Below are positions 13,240 through 26,027 of a stretch of DNA of 64,000 bases, piece by piece; the stretch's first letter is position 1, and each line of letters begins with the position of its first letter. The DNA comes from Nageia nagi (taxonomy: Eukaryota; Plantae; Pinophyta), in NCBI GenBank assembly GCA_050084985.1, contig JBITNC010000002.1, positions 32,488,001-32,552,000 on the forward strand, given 5' to 3'. Both the position numbers and the translations under genes were made by a program. The notes under the pieces were generated by a model that did no database searches, was not told the DNA's origin, and was given only the letters and a program-made list of their open reading frames with translations.

Positions 13240-13600
13240 CATTAGGTTAATGGTTCAACCTCCTTGGAATAGATTGTATGTGCATAGCTTCAAAATTTTT
13301 AAATAGATCCCACACTCTATTCCTATAAGACTTTAAATAATGATGTTTAACAGAACACTTGCTTGTAACTTGGTTTATAATCAACTTTGAGTCTCCTTTA
13401 ATTTTCACATAATAGATTTGCATTTTAATCACTTGCTCTAGGCCAAGGTAAAGGGATTCATACTTATCTACATTATTGGTGCACATTCATGTGAGCTTGT
13501 AGGAGAACTTATGCATTTTTCCTTTTGGATCAATCAAAACTATCCCAGTACTAGACCCATTTCTAGATTTGGCTCCATCAAAGAACATTTCCCAAACTTC
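13240..13600 (-). pseudogene. Additional (archaeal-type) RNase H between protease and RT
   Basis: WEMFFDGAKSRNG..TGIVLIDPKG, CTNNVDKYESLYLGL, IKGDSKLIINQV and IPRRLN match RNase HI-type motifs. Confidence 0.88.
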
Positions 13601-13859
13601 ATCTCTTTTTAACTCTTCACTGGTGATTTTTGAGATGAAATAATCTAGTTATATCAAAAAATAATTCCTAAACTCCATATCATAAATGGTGTTAAGTATA
13701 TTCATAGACACAAGGTCTTCATTTTGCAATTCTTCCAACAATAGCTCACTCTCTTCTAACTCACTCAAAATTGCATTGATTTCTTCTTTCTTTTCTACAT
13801 GAACATCAAATTTTTTTTTATTATCTAGATGTACTCTCTTATCCCCATAAGGAATTAAA

Positions 13860-14365
13860 TAGTGAGTGTAATCCATTGCTAAATAACCCCCTATTTTTCT
13901 TGTGAATTCTCTAGATAGACATAACTTGAAAAGAGGAGGGAGTTTAACTACTACAATTTCTTAAGTGATAACCATAGAGGGACATTTATGTATCTTTAAG
14001 ACTATGTCCTTGATAACTCCAACCATTTTAACTAGGTATGAGTCTAACTAGAACACTCTTGTGGATGTTTTAGTGATATGTAGCCCCATTACATCACATA
14101 CTACTTTAGGCATGAAGGTAGTGGCTACTCTAGAATCAACTAGATAGTTATGTAGCACATACCCCTTAATGTTTAAAGTCATATAAAAAGTTGGTGGTTT
14201 ATTTTTTCCCATCCCTAGATACTTGGATGTCTTAAACAAATTCAATACCCTATCCATTCCTTCATTTAATGCTATAAGAGATGCCCTAAGTAAATAGATT
14301 TGCCCAAGGATTTTTAAAGCATAAAATAAAGATATCTTCGAAAGGGTTCTCTTTAATTCTTCCAC
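13860..14365 (-). pseudogene. pol: Tat aspartic protease
   Basis: PPTFYMTLNIKGYVLHNYLVDSRVATTFMP (decayed DSGA), then LSREFTRKIGG. Confidence 0.82.
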
Positions 14366-14499
14366 AATATTGAAATCATGAAATACTAGAGGCTTACCTT
14401 CTTTCTCATCAAACCTTTGTTGAAACTATTGAGTATCATCTCTCCCCTAATGCCTAGTGAACAAGGGGAACCTTTACTTTCATACCATCTGATCATTGA

Positions 14500-15829
14500 C
14501 TTCATCAACTTTAGACATCTATCTAGCTTTTAGAACTAGAAATTTATGGGGTGTAACCTCTTTTAGGGGTGTCATGTTTATAGAACTAGGAGTTGTACCA
14601 AGCTTCTTGGAGGTTACTAGATCATGACCTTTTGAAGTTTTAGCTATTTTATTTGGTAGATTTGATACATTAGGCCTCTTTGTAGTCCTTATTTCTATAG
14701 CAAAAACACCTACATTTGCTAGAGAGAAATTCATCAAATTTACATTTTAGCTCATGTTGTTTGCCATGCTACATGGGGAATCCCTCCACTTCTATAAAAA
14801 TACTCTTGATATATATATATATAGGGCAAGAATTTTGTTCATTAGCATCATTTTAAGTTAAACATAAGCCTACTATCTATCTAAAAGAAGAAGCTTGATC
14901 TATGTCCTCTAATACCACATGTTGATCTTGAGCTTTTTCTACAACTAGATATGGGAATCTCCTGGCATTATTTTGTCTACTCAAGAGGGTGATTTGGTTT
15001 GCCATATTCCTACATAAATCTTTCAATTCTTGTATCTTGATTTGAGAGGAATTACTTGATTTATCCCTAACTGATGTGGGGTTGGAAGAGCTAAAGGAGC
15101 TCTTGGGGTAGGCAAGGCTAGTGGTAATTGTTGAGTTAGTGTAGGAATACTAGCCAAAGGTGGGGCCATACAAATTGCTAAGGGTCTTATTACCTATTTT
15201 GTGGTAACATTGGAAAGTATGGAAGTATGTAGCTAGGTATTTTTCCTATCAAAATGAGATAAGCTTTGGTAAATGTTGCTTATCTGTAGACCTTAAAAGA
15301 AGTGGTTACTCTAGAATTTTGAATTTGCAAAGAGAGATCTAGAGGAAAGGCCCTCAAATAATACATTAAAGCTTGAGATTCTTGAGGCCTAACTAATACA
15401 AGAACCCTTTTCCAAGATTTTGAAACCTAATATTAAAATCTAGAATATTATCATGTTCATGTCTTTTGATAAAAGTTAACTAATTTAGTAAGGAGAATGG
15501 GTATCCTACTTCATTAAATTCTAAGATGAAAGGCTCTACCAACTGAGCCTAAGAAGTTATAGATCTACTAGTAAGGCTTCTATACCAATCAAGAACCCTA
15601 CCCTTGAAAGATTATGCTAGTAGTCTTACCATGACATCTTCATGCTAAATATTATGGAGCTTAGCCAGATCAGCTACATCCACATAGTGTTCATAGGCTA
15701 TCTTTTCTGTGGTGGCATTAAACTCAAGTAGAGTTTTAAAGATGTTACCTAAGATATCATGCAATGCAACTATAGCTAAAGGTACCCATCATCACATGCA
15801 AGGTAGATATGTGGAGCAAGATTAGCCAT
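14500..15829 (-). pseudogene. gag: Tat gag
   Basis: LHDI..HEDVMVRLLA*SFKGRVLDWYRSLTSRSITS is a Retrotrans_gag-like motif, located just inside the PBS. Confidence 0.8.
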
Positions 15830-16148
15830 TTTAGGAGGAGCAATCCTAGTATGAAGGTTGAATGGTACTATTTTGGATAGGGATTCTAAAGTGTTGATAC
15901 TCCTCAAAGATCTAGACTTGATCAAGGTATTTCTTTAGGGAGTACCAAGTTCTTTAAAATTCAAGACCTCTTTAGCTATTTTGGATTTTTATCTTGTCCA
16001 CATAAACTCTAATAGCAACTAAAGAATTTAGGTTCAAGAAGTAGTAATGAGAACTATAAATCTACCTTGATACATACCATCAATAGTACTTCTAGTAGAG
16101 TCACCAATGAAATTTTTTATGTCCCACCAAGCATGCCAAAAGATATAC

Positions 16149-17732
16149 TAATGATGTAAAATGCATAACATAACACTTAAAGCAATACAATCAAAGTATA
16201 TCATGAATAGGCTAACACAGTAACCTAATCTCCAGAGTAGGTTGGCTCCTTATCTACTAGGGTAGATGAAAAGAGCTAATAATAAGAAAAAAATGAAAGA
16301 GGATTGAGTGTAATAAATGAAATAAAAGAGATAATGAGCAAGAGTAAAGTAAAAGGGATAGATCACTAGTTCAACATAGGCTTTCACATAGCGTAAAACC
16401 TTGGCAAGAATCTAGTGTAATAGCCATGATGTAAGATTTCATTCTCTAAATTATTCTTCAACTTAACTCTTCCATATAAGTAAACATAATTATACCAAAA
16501 ACTTGTTATTATTAAGTAAATATCTATTACTTACCATAATATAACCAAATTAAAAATAATAACACCAAGCATTGGATAAGAAAGGTCAAGATGGCATTGT
16601 ATAAATGATAGAACAATAGGTATTTAAAAATAAATACAAGGGGAAATACTAGGTATTTTTACCCCTTTTTCCTATCTTCAACTAAATTTATACTAGGCTA
16701 GAGTAGTTATAGAATGATTGAAATAAAATAATTACAAAATGGCCCAAAGATTCTAGCCTTCATTTAATAAATGGCTAACTATCTCTGCCACATGTCATCT
16801 TATTCCTAAAACTAAAAAGACTAAACTATAACAGCCTTTAAACTATGATGGACATGCTTCTTGAGTGTTATTTGAACTTGTATTATAATTATGAAAGACT
16901 CTCTAACTAACTATGGTGGTTTTAGAGTTTCTTCATTTTCCAATGGTTGTTTTAGAGTCTTCTCAGTCTTTGGCACATCTTCCAAAGTTCTTTGGTGAAG
17001 TTTTGCTTGGGTGTAGATCCCATTTGTTACATCTAACATCATTGGTTTTTGAACCATCTAATTTGAAATGTCACCTCCTTTTGTGCCTTTGTGATATGAA
17101 GCAAATAACTCTAGGAGATTTAGATCTTACTCATGATGTCATCCTTCTTTGGACCCATTCTTTTAGGTAAAATGGGCTTTGCTCTATTTTGCTAATGTTA
17201 CATTATTTTATGCTTTAGAATCAACTAATTTAGCCATCATATAACTTTTAACACTAATTGCTAACATCATTTCTCTCAAGGTCTAGTTTTAGAAGAACCT
17301 CTATTCTACTAACATTACTTTCTTTTATACCTTGGAACACTTAGCCACTATGAAACTTTTAACAGTACCTACTAACATCATTACTATAGGGTTTGATTTT
17401 AGAAGAACCTCTATTCTACTGATATCATTGCTTCTAGGGTCTAGTTTTAGAAGAGCCTCTACTCTGCTGACATCACTTCTTTTATGCCTTAAAATACCTA
17501 GCCACCACGAAACTTTTAACACTACATGTTGATCTCATTACTCCTAGGGTTCAATTTTAGAAGAACCTCTATTCTACTGACATCATTGCTTTTATACTCC
17601 AAAAAATACTATACTTAGTATATTTTCCCATAAAAACTATCTAAAAGCTTGCTGAAACACTCATCTTATCGATAAGTAAGGACAATATGCATTGAAAAGC
17701 GACTAAGGTGTTGGACTATGTATGTATATATA
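16149..17732 (-). repeat. Tat 5' LTR (1584 bp)
   Basis: Homologous to 5572-6182 at both ends. Both terminal dinucleotides have mutated to TA. Flanked by the PBS and TSD. Confidence 0.88.
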
Positions 17733-17737
17733 GATGG

Positions 17738-20700
17738 TTTTACAAAATTCCAACACCAAAGAAGAAGGCAATCCATGGCACCTAAAAACTTTTAAAAATG
17801 ACCACAAATTAGGTTTAATCCTTCCTTTAATGGCTATTATTCTAAATGCAATTCTTATGACCATAAGTTATCATATTACAAATTTAATGTTGCACTAAGA
17901 ACTTTTGTAAGTAGGAATGCATTTGGACCATTAATGGAATATCTAGTAGAATGTTATAACTATCATAATTTTGGATACATAAGAATTTGAAGAAACATGT
18001 TTACTAAAAATGATCTTTAAGATAAAGGGTTTCAATATATGAGGTAGGATAGAAAAACATAAGAAAACTCTATGCATGAAGCAAAAAATGAAGAATAGTT
18101 ATAAGAGCCCAACCTAGAGTAAAACACGTATGAAAGGAGAAAGATAAATCAAAGAATTATAAGGAATAATTGATAGTATAAAATACTTTTAAGGAATAGG
18201 ATAAACCAGCCCTATGGATACTAAACAATGGTTGTTCTAGTCATATGACCAAGGATAAAAGGAGATTGAAGAAACTACAATAGTATAAAGGCAAATTAGT
18301 AAAGTTTGGTAATAATGATGGAGGAAATATTATCACTAGAGGCATAGTCAAGATCAATGATGGAAAGATTAGGTCAAAGTAAGTATTGTTCTTGATTATT
18401 TTGAAATATAGTTTGTTAAGTATTAGTCAGATTTGTGATAGAGGGATGGTGTAATATTCAAGAAACATGGATGCAAAATCTAAAGAGATGACAATGGTAG
18501 GTTGGTTGAAGTTGGTATAAGGAACTTCAAAATTTTGTACACACTAATAGAGAATTTAGAGGGATTATATTTTCTTAAAAAAGATGATGAGTATTGGCTT
18601 TGGCATAAGATACTTGGGCTTATCAACTTTGATAATATAGTGAAAATAAGTTCAAAGAAAGTTGTAAGAGACATTTTGAGAATAGGCAAGCCATAAAATA
18701 ACATTTGTACTTCATGTCAAAAAGGTAAGATCATTAGAAATTCATTAAAAGTAAAATATTATTATTTTAAAAAACCTTTGGAAGTTGTACATACATATTT
18801 ATGTGGGTTTGTGAGAACATAAAGCATAAACGAAGATAAATACTTCAAGTTATGTATAGATGACTATTCTAGAATGATATGGGTTATTTTTATAAAAATA
18901 AATAAAAGTTCTTGAAATGTTCAAGATTTTTAGAAATTAAGTAGAGAATCAGATGAAAAAAATATTAAATTATTCATATCAAACAAAGGTGGAGAATTAA
19001 TTTTAGATGAATTTATAGAGTATTATCAAAAACATGGCATTAGGAGACAACTTTCAATATCAAAGATACTAAAACAAAATAATGTGGTAAAAAGAAAAAA
19101 TAGGGAAATATAGGATATGACACAAAATTTATTTACTAAAAGCAAAATAACATATCTATTTTGGAAATAGGTAGTCCAAAATATAGTATACATTCAAAAC
19201 AAGTGCATATTAACGCCTCACAAAAGTAAGATCCCATATGAGTTGTGATTCACAAAAAGAAAATAATGAGACACTCTAAAGGTTTTGGTAGCAAGTGCTA
19301 CATGAAAAGAATTGAATATAATCTTCGAAAGTTTGAAAATAGAGGAAATCAAGGCATATTTCTTGGTTAATAAAAAAAAATAAAGGGTTACAAATGTTAC
19401 AACAAAAGATTAAGGAAAATACTAGAAAGTGTGAATGTCAAAGTTGATGAAAAGAGACAACCACCAAAAATAAAGAGGTGAACTTTCCCATTTACAAGGA
19501 ACAAATCAATGGAGAAAAGGAAGAGAAGAAATATTTAGAGATAGAAAGTTTTCTAGAAAAGTAGGAATCAGAGGATGAGTAAGAAAGAAACAAGAAATCA
19601 AAATATGTAACTAGGCAAAAAGACCATCCCAAAGAACAAATAATTGGAGATAACTTAGTTGGTGTTCAAATAAGAAGGATAATAAGGACTTACTCTCTCT
19701 TATCCAACATATAATATAAAAATGTTATCAAGGAAAGATAAGATAAAAGCTGGTGAAGGCAATAGAGGAGGTATTAGACTAGATTGAGAAAAAAAACATG
19801 GGAACTAGTGCCAAGGCCCAAAAATAAAAATGTGATCAACACAAAATGTTTCTTTCAAAACAAGTTAAATGAGGATGAACAGGTAGTAAGAAATAAAGCA
19901 AGATTGGTGTGCAAGGGATATACACAAGTTGAAGGTATTGATTTTGAGGAAAATTTTACACCAATAACTAAACTTAAGGCAATTCAAATGTTTCTTTCTC
20001 TTGTAGTGTATAAGAACTTCAAAGTATATAATATGGATGTAGAATCAACATTTTTGAATGGATAACTTGACAAGGAAGTCTACATTAAGCAACCCAATGG
20101 TTTTCAACTTTCAAAGGATCCAAACATGATATGTAAGTTGAAAAGGCATTGTATGATTTGAAATAAGCACCCTCTACTTGGTATGCACGATTGGATGCTT
20201 TTCTCCAACAACAAGGCTTTAAAAAGGGTATTGTTGATAGCAACCTTTATGTAAAATCTGAAAAGGACTATCAAATCATTATTGTTGTGTATATGGATGA
20301 TATCATTTTTGGAGGATGTAAGGATGAGTTGTGCAAGAATTTTTCCAATCAAATACAAAGTGAGTTTGAAATATCCATGATCGGTGAACTTTCTTATTTT
20401 CTTGGTCTTCATGTAAATCAATTAAAGAATGGCATTTTCATTTCTCAAATTAAGTATACTAAAGAAATGGTAAAGACATTTAGTATGGAGGATTGCAAGC
20501 TAGTTAGTACTCCAATTATGATAAGCTACAAGTTGAGCAAAGATGAAAAGTCACCACTATTTGATCATACCATATATAGATCCATGATAGGGAGATTTTT
20601 TTACTTGAATTTCACATTATCAAATATTTTATAGGTAGTTTGCATGGTTGCATGGTTTCAAGCAAGTTTGAAAGAAACACATGTTACAAAAGTAAAACAC

Positions 20701-21240
20701 ATTTTGCAGTATATCAAAGGAACAATGGATTATGATCTTTAGTACCCAAAAGGCAAGAATTTGACACTTATTTCATATTTAGATATTGATTGGGTAGGGT
20801 ACATGGAAGAAAGGATGAGCACCATTGGAGATGCATTTTATCTTAGTGATAGAATTGTAGCATGGCACAGTAAGAAGCAAGAGTTAGTATCCTTATCCAT
20901 AATAAAGATAGAATGTATTGCAGTGGTATAATGTTGTAGCCATGTACTTTGGATAAATAAAACTCTAAAATATCTTGGTATTCATTTTAATGAGACTATT
21001 TTAGTAAAGTATGATAATACAAGTGTTATAAACATTTTAAAGAATATAGTAATACACTCCTACACAAACCACATTGCTACCTAGTATTATTTTTTAAAGG
21101 AGAGTTGTGAAAGGAGAGGTAAAATTAGAATTTTTTCCAATAACAAAATAAGAAATAAATATTTTTACAAAATCATTACTCAAGGAAGTGTTTGAGTATC
21201 TTCATAAGAAGTTGAAAGGGCTCGCACTTCCCAAGCATTA
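17738..21240 (+). pseudogene. pol: SIRE gag 3' part and pol (PR-INT-RT-RH), decayed
   Basis: Decayed knuckles FNGYYSKCNSYDHK and ECYNYHNFG; WILNNGCSSHMT at ~18216; WLWHKILG; IDDYSRMIW; [31 protein letters not shown]; VYMDDIIFG; AWHSKKQ. Confidence 0.92.
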
Positions 21241-21458
21241 GATCGACATAGGGTGTACATTCTCAAGGGGAACAATTTCTACTATTTCATCTTTTTACTC
21301 CTAGTTGCATTTATTATTTTTGATACTAATATTTTCTTGACAATGTTGTAAATGAACTCAATGAGGAGTTTGCAACAACCCTATTTCATTGTTGTCAAAG
21401 AGGGAGAAGAGTTACAAGAAAATCTTCATGTATTGCCAATAATTCCAAAGGGGGAGAT

Positions 21459-23354
21459 TATTGAGCAAGGTGTTGTCATTATTTTCAACACACTCAGTGG
21501 GATCCAATTGGTACAAAGGTGAGTTATTCAATGCTTGTACAAAGGTATTAATGATGTTGAGGATGTGTTGATGCTTAGTTGAAGTTGTTGCAGGTGATTT
21601 GTGCAAATTTGCAAAAGTTACAAAAATCATCAAAAGTTGTAAAACTTGCAAAAGTTATCAATAAGTTATTCAAATCCTATTTTGATATGTTCAATTATTG
21701 TATGAACATGTTTGATGTGGAGATAAAGTTATTGTAGCATGTTCTTGCAAAATTTTACAAGTTACAAAAATTGTCAATTGCAAAAATTATAAAAGGTGCA
21801 AAAAATGTCAAAGTTGTAAAAATACGAAAGGATTGTGTTGGATATCCTAAAATGATTTTTTCAATATTATTATATGATAATAAGTATGTTTGTAGCACTA
21901 TAATGGTTGGTTTCCTTATTGGTATGTCATTGGGTAATTTTCCACTTTTTAGAATAGTTGAAAATGTGCATTAGAGGCCAATTTGTAGTTGAAATACTAA
22001 TAAATACATGAAGATGTAGATCCCAAAATATTTAGTGATGGTAGTTGGATATAATTAGAGGTTAAGTTTTAAATTTCAGCCCAAACTAAGTCCATATACA
22101 GAAATGATGAACATTGCAAAATGGATCTAGAGCACTTTTTTTAGTTTTGGATAATCTTATTTTTTAATGATAATTTTGCTTCAAAGTGTGTTCAGACATG
22201 ATGGATCAGTGTTGTGCATGTTGGCATGTGAAAAATAGATTATAATAGTGTTGGATATATCAAATCAATGTTCATTTCAATTGGTGGCATAGCTAATACT
22301 TATTTCGATGATTTTGTATTTTTTGTGAAAAGTGAAAAATATGTTTTAATAGCCTCTGAATAGTTGAATTATTTCAAAATACAAGAGGAAATAAGCACTA
22401 AGTTTTTTCCAAGCTGTAGTATGAAATATGATGAACCTACAATTCAAATTTTAATTGAGTTGCAAAAAGCTAGTTTGTAATATTTTTTAGTTTTAGGTAG
22501 CCTTGTTGTCAGTAACATTTTTGGTCAAATTTGACTCTTCTTATTTCAAAATTGGTAATTTGATTTTTTTTATCACATTGAGATCATCAAGGTGAACATT
22601 TTTTTCTTTTTAGAGTACAACATTTTGAGGCTTATAAGTATGAGAATGAGTAAATGGTCAAAAGTTTACCTGTCAAGTGTTTGATGAAATGTCTCTTTGA
22701 AAAATCAATCTCCTTAAATGATTTTCTTTGATTACAATGGTTGTGAAATTATGAAACTTAAAAATTCTAATATAGTATGAAGAGTGGATAACTAGATTTA
22801 CAATTTTGCAAATGTGAAAAATATTTTTTCATCAATAGGTGACATGTGAGAATATGGGAGTTACAATTGGTAGTTGGAATATGAGAATATTGTATCATAA
22901 AGGAGTTACATAAAAAGGCAAAATAAAAAAGAAAATTATAAAAGAGTGTTGCTTGGAGAATTTAGCTAGAACTATTATTTTTTTTGGGAATAAAGAAAGA
23001 CTATGGTGGACGTAGTAAAATAACAAATGTGCTAAGAGAGTTGTGTGTTATGAGAAAATAGTGTGATTGTGACCATCACGGTGAAGGGTAGAAGAGTTTT
23101 TGCTAAACCACTTAGTGTATTTTCAAAAAATAAATCTTTTACAATAGCTTGATGAGTTTGGTGAGTGGGTTCTTGCAGACAAGGGTTAGTGCTCCTTACA
23201 TTCTATGCTATAGAAGTTTGAGTTAGTCCTTGCTACTTCCTATAGTAGCAATACTTATATATGTATTTGCTTATTCTATTTGATTTCAATTTTATGTTAA
23301 AATTTTAACTCACATAGATTCATCTCCCCTATTAGTGTCACATATAGTTCAATA
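21459..23354 (+). repeat. SIRE 3' LTR
   Basis: Follows PPT AAAGGGGGAGAT. Starts TATTGAG and ends GTTCAATA (TG/CA mutated). Homologous to 1975-3998. Confidence 0.87.
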
Positions 23355-23559
23355 ACCTCTTTCTTGGTAATTAAATTATAAAGTTCTTCCATTCTCAAGA
23401 AGTCACTTTCTATAGAGGAGTTTTTATTTATATAGAGAGAATATTTTGTGATATAAGCCTACATTGTTCCTTTTTCTAATAGAAAATGATTTTGTAATTC
23501 TTCATTAGAATAATCATTTCTTAGATTTTACTATTTAAAATTCCTTTGTTATTAATGAA

Positions 23560-23830
23560 CTATTCAAGGTTTAATAGTACGGTATATGTTAGGATGTCAC
23601 CTATCATGTTGATTACATTAGAATCAAAATTTGACTGTATTACTATGAAATATATTGGAACATCTTTTATAACTCCTTAGGGTCTAATTAGGTCACCATC
23701 AGCCATGGAGAAGCTTAGAGAGGTTGGTTGTAAAGGTTTACATCCTACTTTCTACCAATTAGTGATGGGAATTACATTAAAATTTTCTCCCATGTTGACC
23801 ATAATATTCTTAGAGAGTTTCCCATTAATT
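23560..23830 (-). pseudogene. Gypsy aspartic protease remnant
   Basis: NIMVNMGENFNVIPITNW*KVGCKPLQPTSLSFSMADGDLIRP*GVIKDVP. Confidence 0.75.
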
Positions 23831-24379
23831 TTATCTTAGATCCTTATGAGTCATTTTTTCCATGCTTTATCAACTTTAGTGATACACACATTTTGTGTAT
23901 TTCATTCAAATTATTTTAACTAAACTAGAACATTCTCTTCTTGAACTAGGGTATATAATTTATGTAAGTGTTTGATTGCATTGTTACTTAAACAAGGGTT
24001 ACCATTATTTCTTTCTTTATGTTTATATTTTTATAGGGTTCCTATTAACTCATTGGCCATTTTTGTTGCATATTGATATTTATCAAGGTTGAGATAATTT
24101 TGATCATTATGTACTTCTTGAATGAGAGGTTCTTCAAACCCAAATTTATTAATGGAAGCCCTATTTATAATGTTCACCACAATTCTAGACTCATGTACCT
24201 CTCGATATACAAGGTATTTTATAATTTATTTCTATTTTAGCATTTTACTATAGTATGGCATGATTATGAACCCTAAACTTTGGAGATTATAGCTAGTAGC
24301 TAACAAAGGTACTCTTCTAAGCATATTAACATTAGGTGATGGTTGAGGAGCATTTTTATTCTCTAATTAGGTTATCCTT

Positions 24380-25500
24380 TATTTCTCTAACATATCTATT
24401 AGTAACTTTGGACAAGCTTGGTAACTATGATTGTTATACTAGTGATAATAGTGGCATTTTACATATGGTCAAGGTTTCATGAAGTCACACTAATGATGAT
24501 ATGGATCACCATATTTATAGCATATAATTGACTATCCTTGTATTTGGTTATTGTATCCACCCTATATCTTCCTCTTATTCCTCTACCATTTCTCTGACCT
24601 CATGGGTAATATTGGTTTGTTGAATTAATAAATTGTTATGTATCATTATAGTTTTCATTTTTTTGAGTCACTAATACTAAATGGATGTATGTAACACCTT
24701 AATAATTTAGAAAACAAAGGTGACAAGATCCTTTTTTATGTTGATAACTTGGTGGTGGATGGAAAAATCTCTTAGGTTCATTACAAAGATGTTATTTGAT
24801 ATCTTCTACAAAGTTATTTCATATATAGTAATTCATCTAATAATTTGACAATCAACAAATTTGGTAGTTGGGACAAAGTATCCATGGCATTCCTCTTTAT
24901 TTTACACTTTTCACCATATAATTCTACATAGAGTGTATTCTAATTATTTGATATATCTAGGAATATTCTAAAGTAGGTTTCCTCAATGTACAATATGTGT
25001 TAGTGATAAGTCCTTTTTCACATAGTTGAAACCAAATATATTTTTTTGCAATTTTTTAAGGTTATATTGTGGCATTCATAAGTTGTCGGGTAAGTTTCTC
25101 AATTTTTTATTCTACCTCTTCATTGAACCTAGTTAGTCCTTTGAATTGTGAAGGTTAGGATTCGATTTCTTTGGTAGCTTGAAGTACATCTATGAAAGTT
25201 GTATATATATTTTCCATTGCTTTTTTTTATATTAGATTTTAATATGGATATTAACCACTTAGTTTTCTACTTTTTACCATAGTTATTGCAATATTTGTTG
25301 AGTCACTTTAAATATTTCATCAACATCTTAAATATTTTAATGGGGTTGTTGTACAAGGTCTTTCATTTTACTAATGATTTCCATTATTGATTCCATAAAG
25401 TGGTATTATCTTTCAAAGGCATCATGTATCTTGGCCCATGACCAAATTACTTGATTTGTCCCTATCTTTTTGAATTTCATAAGGCATTATAATACTTCAT
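24380..25500 (-). pseudogene. gag: Gypsy gag remnant with several decayed zinc knuckles
   Basis: WAKIHDAFER..KWLISILKSNIKKAMENIYTTF and ICYKYGDPYHH*CDFMKP*PYVKCHYYH*YNNHSYQACPKL. Homologous to 56200-57345. Confidence 0.68.
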
Positions 25501-26027
25501 TCTTAAGTGTGGATCATGGAAGTAAATTCATATAGCTTGACATTTTTTTAGTAATATGTATTCTAGCCTATTCATTATCAAGTATGCATAAATGGTATTT
25601 AGCATCTTATGTCTTTGTAGAAAATTGATAACTTCTAAGTGGATCTTATCATAGCCATATCTGGTTGTGTTTGTTGCAGTTGATTTGGTGGCTAGTTAGT
25701 ATGATCTCTATTAATTTCTCTCAATTTATCGCTTCCTAAACTAATTTCAAAGAATTATTCTTTGATTACTTCAAATATATATTTAAAATGGATTTTCTTA
25801 ATCTTTTTCTCCTACTATTCTAATTGGTGTATGAGTAGTAATTATTTCACTTCTATAATGGTTTTATTCTTAATTCATTAAAATATGTTGAAGGTGGGGA
25901 GGGTATGAAATTGAATGAGGTTCCATAATCTCATTTTATTTTATTTGTTAGGGTTATATCACCAAAGTATTCTATAAATATATTTTTGAAATCATGTGTT
26001 GATCAATTTTTTTTGTTAGAGACAAAT

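Larger units (their letters stand above)
5572..17732 (-). mobile_element. Ty3/gypsy Tat-type retrotransposon with additional RNase H and 3' extra ORF
   Basis: 5-bp TSD GATGG at 5567-5571 and 17733-17737. LTRs at 5572-6182 and 16149-17732 (~88% identical in the shared part). Minus-strand PBS TTTGGCATGCTTGGTGGGAC at 16121-16140. Domain order gag-PR-aRH-RT-RH-INT-eORF. Confidence 0.92.
1975..23354 (+). mobile_element. Ty1/copia SIRE (Sirevirus/Maximus)-type retrotransposon, decayed, interrupted by a Tat element at 5572-17732
   Basis: Two ~1.9-2.0 kb LTRs (roughly 78-80% identical by eye). Degenerate tRNA-Met PBS TGGTGTTAGGGC at 4001-4012. Domain order gag-PR-INT-RT-RH. PPT AAAGGGGGAGAT plus extra upstream purine tracts. 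LTR end ATTCAACCCCCTCT...TTCAACA. Confidence 0.87.

Noticed and set aside
21241-21458. env-like ORF expected in many Sireviruses
   Set aside because: Only ~220 bp separate the pol stop from the 3' LTR, leaving no room and no ORF.
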